Below are positions 12,907-23,322 of a stretch of DNA of 64,000 nucleotides, one piece after another. The notes under the pieces are model-generated. The model was not told the DNA's origin and did not search any database. It saw nothing but the letters and a program-made list of their open reading frames with translations. The stretch's first letter is position 1, and the number at the start of each line of letters is the position of its first letter. Position numbers and translations under genes: made by a program. Origin of the DNA: Alphaproteobacteria bacterium (lineage in GTDB: Bacteria; Pseudomonadota; Alphaproteobacteria; Bin95); NCBI GenBank assembly GCA_965205265.1, contig CBDBGH010000001.1, positions 96,001 through 160,000 of the forward strand. The letters run 5' to 3'.

Positions 12907-13775
12907 GAGAACAACGGCTCCGACGTGATGACCAGCTCGTCAATCTGATTGTGATGTGTGTTCTTCATGGACAATGCCACCGCGTCGAAATCGTGGTGAC
13001 GGACAAGATCAACGATCTCCGGGGCCGGATCGTAGGTCATCAGGAAGTTGGAGTCGCATTCGGCCAGCAGGGAGAACAATGCCGCATGGTCAATGTCGGA
13101 GTGAACATACAGCCGTGACCCTGCCCGCTTGCCGCTCGCCGCCGTATAGGGCGGATCGAGGAACACTGCCGCCTTGCGACCCCACCCATACAGCAAGGCT
13201 GGCAGTATCTTCATGCCATCGCCTTCCAGAAAGGTGATTCGGTCTACGTATCGCGTGATCGCCGCAAGGCGGTCTGCCAGCGTGTCAGGATACCAGCGGG
13301 ACAGAATGCCCTTGCCGTTCTCTCCGTGACGGGTGAGGGAAGCGCCAGGGGCCAGGATGCCGCCGCGCCTGGTACGGTTCAGCACAAGTGTGCGGAAGCC
13401 ATGCTCCTGCACCGTAGACGGCGGCTTGCTCGCGATCGCGTTCACGCTTTCGCGCGTCGGCTCGAACTGCCTCACCCACTCCTGCAGTGTTGCACCGCTC
13501 TCCAGGGCAGAGCGCCAGAACGCTGCTACATCACGATCAATCTCCACCATCACCGCCTCTGGCACCAGATCCTCCATGACGGCAGTGAGGGACACGACTG
13601 CACCACCGGCAAACGGCTCAACAAGGATTTCCGGCTCTGTAGCAGTCAACCATTCCCGGATGTGTGGAATCAGCCACGTCTTCCCTCCCGGATAGCGCAA
13701 GGGACTGCGTTGCGGCACCTGCGCCACATTGACGACCGGGACGCGGGACGCGGGGAACGCGACAGCGGCGCTCAC
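12903..13775 (-). CDS. Dam-like (D12 class) amino-methyltransferase
   Basis: SPLRYPGGK, VEPFAGG, FLDPPY motifs in alpha-class order. Confidence 0.9.
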   Translation of the reverse strand: MSAAVAFPASRVPVVNVAQVPQRSPLRYPGGKTWLIPHIREWLTATEPEILVEPFAGGAVVSLTAVMEDLVPEAVMVEIDRDVAAFWRSALESGATLQEWVRQFEPTRESVNAIASKPPSTVQEHGFRTLVLNRTRRGGILAPGASLTRHGENGKGILSRWYPDTLADRLAAITRYVDRITFLEGDGMKILPALLYGWGRKAAVFLDPPYTAASGKRAGSRLYVHSDIDHAALFSLLAECDSNFLMTYDPAPEIVDLVRHHDFDAVALSMKNTHHNQIDELVITSEPLFS

Positions 13776-14758
13776 GACCGCGCTCCGGACTCAAGGCCGT
13801 TGTCGGCGATGAGGTCGTGGTACTTGAGCCGCTTTCCTGCCATGGCCCGGGCGGTCCCGGCCATCTGGTCAAGCGTGTCTTCGTCACGGATGTTGTGGCG
13901 AGTGGCAAACTCGCTCACGTAGCGGTCGAGGTGCCTGGCACTGATCTTGTGGAAGGTTCCCTTGTGCGCCCGCTTGAGCATCGACCACAGAGATTCGATT
14001 CCGTTGGTATGCGCCTGTCCCCGGACAAACTCGGAGACCGAGTGCCTGACGGCCTCGTGGCCGTAGTCTCGGGCCAGTCCGTTGTAGGCCCCTGCCTCAT
14101 CTGTGTAGACCATTGCGCCTTCCTCCGTGTTCTCACGGACGAAGCCTTGCAGGGTCTCTGCGGTGGTGTCATCAACTACCTTGGCACGAACGCGCTTCGT
14201 TCCACGGTCCTTCAACCCGGCAACCACAGACTTGCCAACAGAACCGCGTCCGGTGTCCGCCAGTTCCTTCCTCCTGACGTTGCTCATGTTGCGACGCCTG
14301 CCACCGAAGAACGTCTCGTCGGCCTCTACGGGACCGGAGAACTCGGTGCCGTCCTGTGCGAGTGCCGTGCGGAGACGATGGGCGAGGAACCATGCGCTAC
14401 GCGGGTTGATGTCGAGATCCCGATGGAGCTTCATGCTCGACACCGACCTGAGGCTTGTCGTCATGAGAGAGGTGGCGATCATCCACGTCTGGAGGCCCAG
14501 CTTCGAGCCTTCCATGACCGTGCCTGTCTTGGCGGAGAACCGCTTGTCGCAAGCCTTCTCCCGGCAACGGTAGGGCATGGTCTTGTGCTTACAGTCCGTC
14601 TTCACATTCAGCGAACCACAAACCGGGCAATCGATCCCATTCGGCCACCGCTTCCCGATGAACCATGCCTCGGCAGTCGCGTCGTCCGGAAACAGGCGGA
14701 ACAGTGCCTTGAGTGACAGTCCCTTGCGGAATGACTTGCCGGGTGCCTTCTTGGTCAT
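13772..14758 (-). CDS. IS1595 DDE transposase
   Basis: CPVCGS..YRC..C zinc ribbon, GPVEADETF, VYTDE, HTNGIES, YVSEFATRHN. Confidence 0.95.
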   Translation of the reverse strand: MTKKAPGKSFRKGLSLKALFRLFPDDATAEAWFIGKRWPNGIDCPVCGSLNVKTDCKHKTMPYRCREKACDKRFSAKTGTVMEGSKLGLQTWMIATSLMTTSLRSVSSMKLHRDLDINPRSAWFLAHRLRTALAQDGTEFSGPVEADETFFGGRRRNMSNVRRKELADTGRGSVGKSVVAGLKDRGTKRVRAKVVDDTTAETLQGFVRENTEEGAMVYTDEAGAYNGLARDYGHEAVRHSVSEFVRGQAHTNGIESLWSMLKRAHKGTFHKISARHLDRYVSEFATRHNIRDEDTLDQMAGTARAMAGKRLKYHDLIADNGLESGARS

Positions 14759-15399
14759 GACGTTCTCTATCCCTGTATTGCAGGGACAGATTATAGGAGA
14801 GTGCCGGGCTCGTCAACAACTGTTTCGGCACTTTCCTGCATAATTCCCAATCGGAAAGGTGCATGGCAACCCCGTCTTCAGTCACGCGGAATGCCGTCGG
14901 ATGATCTGGTTTTCAAGGTTGCTGGCGAGGATTCCATCGGCATTCTCACGCGCCCACGCGGGGTCATTCGATGCCGCCCCAGTCCCCCGCGGCGCGCTCG
15001 ATCATCTGCCTGTCGGTGCGGGCGAAGGCCCAGTCCAGCCCCCTGCCGCAGATCTGGAGCTCCTCGACGGCGAACCGCTGCCGCTCCGGTGCCAGGCCCC
15101 GCCACCACTCCAGTGCCTCGGGATGGACCGCCTCGCCCGGCTGCGCCAGAGCGTCTCCATATGTCTCGGGTCAAGGTGCGGATGCTCGCATCGGAACGTC
15201 TCCAGTGTCTTCGGCGTCAGGCGGCGGTCGCGAGGCTGGAACTCCTTCCTGACATGTCGGGGGCCGTCGGTGTAGCCGGTCACCGTCCTTATCTGGCGGC
15301 GGCTGTCGTCATCCGGGGCGCCCCGCAGGTCCGCGTCCATATTGTAACCCGTTGGATTCCACGCTTTGACATATGCCCGGTTGACTACTATAGTGTTCA

Positions 15400-15698
15400 C
15401 ATTATCGAAGTGATCCGAAGCGGTGTCTTTGACGAATGGCTGTCCGGCCTGCGGGACCGTCGCGCGATGGTCCGGATCGCGGTGCGGCTTGACCGTCTCG
15501 CTTCGGGAAATCCCGGCGACACGGCGCCGGTCGGTGGCGGCGTTTCCGAACTCCGCATCGACTACGGGCCGGGTTATCGTGTATATTTCCTGCGTCGTGG
15601 AACCATCCCGCGCCGTCCTGCCCTGCGGCGGGGAGAAGGCATCTCAGGGCCGCGACATCAGGAAAGCCAGGTCACTCGCCGGAAACTGGAAGGATTGA
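15400..15698 (+). pseudogene. RelE/HigB-like addiction module toxin, frameshifted near 15605
   Basis: FDEWLSGLRD...GNPGD..VGGGVSELRIDYGPGYRVYF, continuing as CGGEKASQGRDIRKA in another frame. Confidence 0.75.
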
Positions 15699-15701
15699 GC
15701 G

Positions 15702-16019
15702 ATGCATGAAGTGACGTTCGCCCGATACGACACGGCCGACTACCTCAGGACCGAGGAGGATGTGGCTGCCTATCTTGAAGCGGTGATGGAGGAAGGCGGC
15801 GATGATCCGGCCTTCGTTGCCCGTGCGCTCGGAACGGTGGCCCGGGCACGGAACATGACCGCCCTCGCGGAGGAGATCGGAATGAGCCGCACCGGGCTGA
15901 ACAGGGCGCTTTCGGGAGCGGGCAATCCCACCCTCGCCACGGTCCTGAAGGTTGCCGGGGCGCTCGGCCTCAGGGTCTCGTTCCAGCCACATGCCGCGGG
16001 AGCGCCCGGAGGAAGCTGA
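15702..16019 (+). CDS. HTH addiction-module antidote (HI1420-like)
   Basis: YDTADYLRTEED..AYL, ALGTVARARNMTALA, ALSGAGNPTLATVLKV. Confidence 0.85.
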   Translation: MHEVTFARYDTADYLRTEEDVAAYLEAVMEEGGDDPAFVARALGTVARARNMTALAEEIGMSRTGLNRALSGAGNPTLATVLKVAGALGLRVSFQPHAAGAPGGS

Positions 16020-16479
16020 ACCTGTTGTGTGGGTTCGTGTGCGTATGGCCCGCAGGACCTGCCCGAAGGAGGTTACGGATCATGGGCGGAACCGGAATCG
16101 GGACCGCCCCCGACGACGACCCCCCATAAGCGTCAACCTGTTTGCATCGGCCTTTTGCCGTGCCATTCTGCCGCATCCGACCTTTTGGGGAGCGGCAAAG
16201 CATGAACGGGGACTGGGATCCGCTGTTGGAGTTTTTCCCTCCCGGCCGGGAGGGGCTGGCGGCCGGGTCCGGTGCGCTGAAGGGACTGCGCAGGGACAGA
16301 TCGGCGGAGAATCCCCTGCGTACCCTGCCGCTGCATCCCGGCTGCGGCCATTCGCTGCGCGGGACCGCGCTCCGGTCCCGCCGGGACGGGCTGGCCGGTC
16401 TTTCGCCGGTGGCGTTGAGGAAGCGTGTCGCCAGGTCCGGTCCCTGGCCTCTTTCGCCTGGGAATTGCATACTGAAATT

Positions 16480-16589
16480 GACAAACACCACATGTTGTGT
16501 TTTATCAATCAAAATATGTGCGTCAATTCCCTTATATGGTATGCTGTAAAGTTGGGTATGCAATCCCCAAAAATATGGTTGTCACGACA
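16480..16589 (-). mobile_element. Orphan transposon end (TGT-type) with internal repeated motifs
   Basis: Reverse complement TGTCGTGACAACCATATTTTT matches 26633 and 22423; internal AAAATATG-N3-GTCA repeats; sits at the truncation point of TA copy C. Confidence 0.55.
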
Positions 16590-17121
16590 GCCGGTCTCCG
16601 CGCTGAGGCGTCCCCGGATGCGCGCGTCCTCCGCCCCGAAGTCCAGGATCCGGTCGGCGAACACCAGCAGGGTGCGGTCGAGCCGGAGCCGCAGGCCGCG
16701 GGCGGAGTCCCGATTCCGGCGCCTCTGCCGCTGGATGCCGCGCTCGACCCCGCCCACTGTGACGGCGCTGATGTAGAGGCTGTCCTCCGGCCTGTCGCGC
16801 AGGAACGCCGCGACCTGCGGCGCCCGTTCCGGCCTCTGCGCGGCCGGGGAGCACATCGGTGTCGGTCACATACACCCGGAACTCCACATCGCGGGGCGTG
16901 ACCTGCGCCCGCTCCACCCCAGGGGTCGGGAATGCCAGCAGGTGCCCGGCGAAGCTCTCCCTGCGCTCCACCGCGCCGTCCAGCAGCTGCCGGTAATCGG
17001 TGGTGCCGGGAACCACCACCGCCGGTCTGCCGCGGCGGCTCACCTACTGCGGCCCGCCGGCCAGCGCCGCCGCCGCCACGGCGGAGAATCTGTTCTTCGC
17101 GCCCTGCAGGGTCCAGGTCAT
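16590..17121 (-). pseudogene. Phd/YefM plus VapC, copy C, with premature stop in the antitoxin and 3'-truncated toxin
   Basis: Same module as copies A and B; retains a RLRLDRTL segment that A and B lack. Confidence 0.75.
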
Positions 17122-17148
17122 GTTCACCTCCGAAATCCATCTGGCTAT

Positions 17149-17186
17149 GTGACCGCTCCCCGTCCTTCAGGACGGGGAGCGGTCAC
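17149..17186. repeat. Perfect 18-bp-stem palindrome, IS605/REP-like
   Basis: GTGACCGCTCCCCGTCCT-TC-AGGACGGGGAGCGGTCAC. Confidence 0.8.
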
Positions 17187-17450
17187 TTCTGCTTCATCGC
17201 GGGAATTACGACAACCCGCAGCGGAGACCAGCGTTGGTTGACAATTCGCCTGGGCTTTACCGGATGCGCCGTCCGGTCGCGGGCTGACCGCGTCATCCCG
17301 GCATCAATGACCCTGTGCGCCGCCGACGCGGTCGATGCGAAGCGCCGTATGGCGCACCAGCACATCAAAATCGCTGTCGCGGTGAAGCACCTGCGCGTCC
17401 ACGCGGATCGCAACCGCGGCGATGGGACAGTCAACCAGCCTGCGAACGGT

Positions 17451-18919
<1,469 letters not shown>

Positions 18920-19155
18920 CTCCCCTGCGACGGCAAAGGCGATGGAGGGCGGCCGCCTCCTCATGGTCCGCCGGTCCAGTCGGAGCGGTCAGCGGAGGTC
19001 GCGCAGATGCCCCTCGTCCCTGGCACCGGCAAGAACCTCCATGCGAATGGCGTCACAGACGGCGATGTCCGCCCCAAGGACCTTTCCGACACGCTCACAT
19101 ACCGGTGAACCCGTGTCGCGGAGGAATTCGATCCATGCGGACGTGTCGACCGGTA

Positions 19156-19359
19156 TCACGCCGTCCGGCCAGTCCGCATCTCTTCGAGATCGCCTTCCCA
19201 GCCCGCTCCCCGCATGCCGCGGGCCCTGTCGAGGCCGAGCCGCTCAGCCGCCGCCGCCCGCAACGCGAAATTGATGGCATCCCGCTTTGTCTTCAGGCAG
19301 TAGCGATGCATGACCGCCGCGCAGGCGTCGTCGTCGATATTCACGTTTGTGCGGGCCAT
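19156..19359 (-). CDS. vapB: VapB antitoxin
   Basis: MARTNVNIDDD...KTKRDAINFALR...GAGWEGDLEEMR; GTGA overlap with vapC. Confidence 0.85.
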   Translation of the reverse strand: MARTNVNIDDDACAAVMHRYCLKTKRDAINFALRAAAAERLGLDRARGMRGAGWEGDLEEMRTGRTA

Positions 19360-19564
19360 GTGCCAAACATGCACACACGAGGCAACCGTGCAAGCCGTTT
19401 CGATCCTGCTTCAGGCATGCAAAGGTCCTCTGTCGTTTGCGAAGTCCGGGTCACTCCACCTGGATACTTCGGCATATTCCCGTGACCGGTCCGCCGACGA
19501 CTTCGGACCTGGGATCATTGAGATCAAGCGCCCCGGACACAGACCTGGTACAGCACCGCGGTGT

Positions 19565-20560
19565 CTACGCCGCGGCGACCGCGAGTCCGGCGGAGCGGGC
19601 CCGCTCAGGCCGCAGCGCCGCGCCGAGCGCCTCGTAGTGGCCGTACCAGGGGGCCGGCGTTCCCAGTCGGGCGCCGTGCAGTTCGGCGATGCCCGCGGCG
19701 ATCTCCCCGGCCTTCGGGCCGTGGGCGGCGCGGAACGCCGCCGTGACGCGGCCCTCGGGCTGCCCGGCCATGGCGCGGATCTCCGTCGCGGAGAACGCCC
19801 TGTAGAGCCTGGTGGCCGTCCGCTCCCTGTCGCCGTCCTCCAGCTGCCCGGGCGAGGCCATGCTCCTGATGAGTTCCTCCCGTTCCCGCTGGAGGTCGGC
19901 GGGCGCCAGCGGCGGCGAACCGTAGCCGAGCGCCTCGGCCATCGCCTTTCCCAGAAGCCTGTCCCGGTCGGTCGTGGCGGCGGCCTGGGCGGCGGCGGCA
20001 AGCCTCTCAAGCCCCGTGGGCTCCGCTTCCTTTCCGGCGGCGCGCCGGATCCCCTCGGCGTGCAGCGCCCGCCACTCGTCGAGTTTCCCGTGCTGGATGA
20101 AGAACGGTTCCCCCTGGAAGCGGGCCGTCTCCGCCGCGATGGCGTTGTCGGGATCGAGCCGGGTGACGGCGTCCACGCGGAGGTCGGCCGCCGCCCGGGC
20201 CGCCGCGATCCGCCTAGCCCCGTCCATCCCGCGCCCGTCCATCGGCCGCCCGTCTGAGGCGAGCACCCGGACCAGCTCGCTCTCGAGGTCCATGCCATGG
20301 ACCGGGTTCGCCGAATCCACCCGCTCGGTTACGAGGCACGCGAGCAGGCGGGCGGTGGTCCCGTATTCGCGGACCGCGTCGGCGCGCTGCCGCCGGCGTT
20401 GGGTTTCCGCATCGGGTTCCGCCAGCGCCGCCGTCCGACGCGGTGGAGGGGCAGGGGAGGCGCTGCGGCCCGCGCCGGTCCGTCCCTGCTCCCACCATCT
20501 TCCGGGAGGGACATCGGCCCAGGTGTGGATTTCCCGCCGCTCCCACTCCGCCTCCCGCAA
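19565..20560 (-). CDS. Hypothetical protein made mostly of the domain shared with the FIC protein C-terminus
   Basis: Colinear motif matches to 43094-43891; AGGAGG just upstream of the TTG start. Confidence 0.7.
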   Translation of the reverse strand: MREAEWERREIHTWADVPPGRWWEQGRTGAGRSASPAPPPRRTAALAEPDAETQRRRQRADAVREYGTTARLLACLVTERVDSANPVHGMDLESELVRVLASDGRPMDGRGMDGARRIAAARAAADLRVDAVTRLDPDNAIAAETARFQGEPFFIQHGKLDEWRALHAEGIRRAAGKEAEPTGLERLAAAAQAAATTDRDRLLGKAMAEALGYGSPPLAPADLQREREELIRSMASPGQLEDGDRERTATRLYRAFSATEIRAMAGQPEGRVTAAFRAAHGPKAGEIAAGIAELHGARLGTPAPWYGHYEALGAALRPERARSAGLAVAAA

Positions 20561-20566
20561 CGCCTC

Positions 20567-21037
20567 CTAGCGCTCGATCCAGCGGTTGAGCGCGGCCATC
20601 GCGCCCGGCAGGGACTGGGCGAGGAACCGGCCCTCGTCCCGCGACAGCGGCATCACCGTCAGCCCCCGACCCGGTGCCGCCGAGTGGAAGATCAGTTCGG
20701 GAGTCCCCTCGGCGACGGAAACGCACAGGCGCACCTTCGTCTGGCCAAGGTCGGCGTCGGTGTCCCATGGAAGGTCGGCTGGGCCGTCCGCCCGGGCGGA
20801 CCGGTCGCTGGCCTCCGCGCCGGGCTGGCTCCAGCTCCCGGCCGCCGCCACGGCGGCCGGCAGGGCGTCGGCGAGGAAGCCGGATTCCTCGAGCGACAGG
20901 GTAACCGACCGCTCGCCGCCGACAGCGGCCGAATCGAACGCCATCCCCGCCCCGCCGTCCCCATCGACGGCGCGGAGGCTAAGTCTGGTGCCGCCGATAC
21001 TGGCCTGTGTCTTCCATCTGAAGGTGTCCGCGTCCAC
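20567..21037 (-). CDS. Hypothetical protein with two tandem ~65-aa repeats
   Basis: W.T.A.(I/L)G.T...F.SAA.G...LS..E..FLA..LP.A.AA...W occurs twice; GGGAGGA precedes GTG at 21037. Confidence 0.65.
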   Translation of the reverse strand: MDADTFRWKTQASIGGTRLSLRAVDGDGGAGMAFDSAAVGGERSVTLSLEESGFLADALPAAVAAAGSWSQPGAEASDRSARADGPADLPWDTDADLGQTKVRLCVSVAEGTPELIFHSAAPGRGLTVMPLSRDEGRFLAQSLPGAMAALNRWIER

Positions 21038-21057
21038 CGCGTCCTCCCTTCCGTTCC

Positions 21058-21342
21058 CTACGCCGCTGCGCCGCCGGACTCCGGCGGCCGGTCGGGCCCC
21101 GTATGGACGGCCATCGCCTCCGCCAGCGCCTTCCCCCCCTCCACGAACATCTCGATCGTGAACCGGAGCGCCTCGGGTTCCGAGGACTCCACCGTGAAGG
21201 TGCATCTGTGGCAGGTGGCCTCCACACCGTCGAACGCCCCCCCATGGCCGATGGCCAGCGCCGTCTCGACGCCCTGGCCGTCGCAGATCGGGCACCGGCG
21301 CAGGTCCGCGGGCCACAGGGCGATTTCGTCCGGGTCGTTCAC
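21058..21342 (-). CDS. Small zinc-ribbon protein, Lar (restriction alleviation)-like
   Basis: DLRRCPICDG...ATCHRC; family call is tentative. Confidence 0.5.
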   Translation of the reverse strand: MNDPDEIALWPADLRRCPICDGQGVETALAIGHGGAFDGVEATCHRCTFTVESSEPEALRFTIEMFVEGGKALAEAMAVHTGPDRPPESGGAAA

Positions 21343-21459
21343 GATGTGTTCTCCGTTCCATTGGGTTCGTACACGTCGTGATCCCGGTCCGCAAGGCCCT
21401 CCGGCCGCGCGTTCCCGACCTGTCCTGCCTTCGCGATGGAAATGGCCGACCCCGCGCTT

Positions 21460-21675
21460 CGGGGCGAAATCCCGTGAGACCAGAAAATCCAGATTCTCCG
21501 ACAGCCGTGGCGAGCCCCAGGACAGGTGCAGGTTGGTGCCACCATGGAAGACGACATGGTCCAGCGACAGGGTGGCGGACATCGACAGGGCATCGATGAA
21601 CAGGACATGAAGCATGGAGGTCCAGTTCCGCGCCTCGTCCTCCTCCAACGGGCGCCGTTGTTTACGGATGGCCAT
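21460..21675 (-). pseudogene. AbiEii-type nucleotidyltransferase toxin, N-terminal fragment
   Basis: VVFHGGTNLHLSWGSPRLSENLDF matches the GGT...R.SEDLDF motif, then similarity ends. Confidence 0.65.
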
Positions 21676-21870
21676 GAAGCTTTTTTCCTAACATATAGGT
21701 TAGGTTATTGAGACCAGCGGGAACCGGAAATCCCCGCCGTCAGCTGGTCTGCCACAGGCCCTGCATCCGTGCTGCGGATATCCCCGGTCCCCGGCAACAG
21801 CCTGACCGACCGGTTCCTCTCCGCGTTGGTATGGGGAGTGGACGGCTTTGCGTTTCGGTGTGGAAATGGG

Positions 21871-22104
21871 CTATAGTTCCAGCGCCTTGCGCAGGAGCGC
21901 GTTCGCCCGTGTCTGCCATCCGCGGCCGTCGGCCTTAAGGTGATCGATGACGTCAGGGTCGAGCATCATGGTAACACGGCGCTTGCGCTGGCCGGGTGGC
22001 ATGGGAGGCCGCCCGGGGCGGATCGCATGCTTCAGGTCCGCTTCGGTGATCTCACGCACCTCGCCGTCCTCGCCGACCAGCGGCGCCCGTTCAGTGCCCT
22101 TCAT
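21871..22104 (-). CDS. brnA: BrnA antitoxin
   Basis: GRPP...KRRVTMMLDPDVIDHLKADGRGWQTRANALLR. Confidence 0.9.
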   Translation of the reverse strand: MKGTERAPLVGEDGEVREITEADLKHAIRPGRPPMPPGQRKRRVTMMLDPDVIDHLKADGRGWQTRANALLRKALEL

Positions 22105-22357
22105 GGATCTTCCTTTCCCGTCTGTTCGCCCTTCTCATGGAGATCACGCGAAGCGCGTCTCCCCGGAACGTGAACGCCACGACGACCACAAGGTCGTGCA
22201 GGCGGCCAAGGCAGACCTGACGCCTCTCGCCGTAGTCCTTCCGCCCATCGTCGAGGATGATCGCCGTTTCCCAGTCGATCAGCGCCACATCGGCGAAATC
22301 GAGGCCGCGCTCCCGCAGCGTCGCCTGCCGCTTCGTTTCGTCCCAGTCGAGCTTCAT
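22091..22357 (-). CDS. brnT: BrnT ribonuclease toxin
   Basis: MKLDWDETKR...RGLDFAD...DYGERR...RVISMRRANRRE. Confidence 0.9.
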   Translation of the reverse strand: MKLDWDETKRQATLRERGLDFADVALIDWETAIILDDGRKDYGERRQVCLGRLHDLVVVVAFTFRGDALRVISMRRANRRERKIHEGH

Positions 22358-22422
22358 GGAGTTGTTATATGCATATTAAATCAGGTCTGCAAGCGCCCAG
22401 GGAACCGCATGGCAACTCCAGG

Positions 22423-22560
22423 TGTTGCGTCACCCATATTTTTGCCACCCGCGGTTTTCAATCCCTTGATTCCGAGCAATAAAAAATATAGACTGGCCGA
22501 CCTGCTCTCCACCGGCACTCGCCCCGCTTTTCCACAGCTTTCCGACCGAATTCGCCAGTC
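22423..22560 (+). mobile_element. Orphan transposon end (TGT-type), diverged homolog of 26633
   Basis: TGTTGCGTCACCCATATTTTTGCCACCCGCGGTTTT aligns with TGTCGCGACAACCATATTTTTTCCACCTGCGGTTTT. Confidence 0.5.
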
Positions 22561-22784
22561 CGGCAGGAGATCCAGACCGGAACGTCCCGGTTTCTTGGCG
22601 CTTCACCCGCCCGCTCTGATCCCGGAAAGGATGTCCGGCGAATCAGTCCCGTCCCGGACAGCCCCTTGACGTCGGCGCATATCCTGTCCAGACTGGCGTC
22701 ATGATTTCGGTCGTATCTTTTCTTATTCCATCCCCGCTGCTATCGCGGGCCGCGGCTCGCGCTTCAGTGACGGAGACACCTGAC

Positions 22785-23030
22785 ATGCGCCGTCCGCGCA
22801 TCCTGGCGATGGTTTTGCCACTGGCTCTGGCACTGGCGACGGGTGCCGCCCGGGCGGATCTCAACCGGCTGGAACGTCTGGCGGTATATCAGTCCGGCTA
22901 TGTCCTCGACCACGACCATCTGCGGGCGGTGTTCTACGCCCCTCAGGGCATGTTCTGGATACTGCCTCCGGAGGGGACACAGGCTTCCCACAGGTTCTTC
23001 GAGGTGCTCCGAACGGAACGCTCGTTGTGA
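22785..23030 (+). CDS. Small hypothetical exported protein or fragment
   Basis: Signal-peptide-like MRRPRILAMVLPLALALATGAARA; GGAG upstream. Confidence 0.4.
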   Translation: MRRPRILAMVLPLALALATGAARADLNRLERLAVYQSGYVLDHDHLRAVFYAPQGMFWILPPEGTQASHRFFEVLRTERSL

Positions 23031-23322
23031 CAAAGCGGCGTTCCGCGATCCAGGCGCGAGCCAACGCGGCAGGATCGGGTCAACACTGATGGATGTGTTC
23101 GCCCTCCTTGTCGGTCTGGTCGCTGGAGGGCTGGCTTTGCGCAGCGACGACAACGGGTCAGTGCCGGATAGAGCTTCAAGTGAGCCGACGGAGGCACCAA
23201 TCCCCGCCACGCGGCGGCGTGATCAACCAACTTGGGCTACACCCATTTGCGAATGGCGGCTTGACCCCCCCCCCCAATAGTGCAGCACTGGGATCGCTGA
23301 CTAGGGTAAGGGGCGAGATATT

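Larger units (their letters stand above)
11863..14848 (-). mobile_element. IS1595-family element carrying passenger restriction-modification genes
   Basis: About 46-bp imperfect terminal inverted repeats (11863-11908 and 14803-14848) and flanking direct repeat AATCGGAA (11855-11862, 14849-14856). Confidence 0.9.

Noticed and set aside
14878-15400. Possible replication-protein C-terminal fragment on the minus strand
   Set aside because: Only a vague resemblance; no diagnostic motif.
16140-16470. GC-rich structured non-coding stretch, and a similar one at 40100-40330, as ssDNA promoter, oriT or ncRNA
   Set aside because: No second copy, nick-site consensus or RNA family signature could be confirmed by eye.
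21058-21675. AbiEii-zinc finger fusion protein
   Set aside because: AbiEii similarity stops after about 70 aa; the open frame looks like a chance join of a fragment to a separate small gene.
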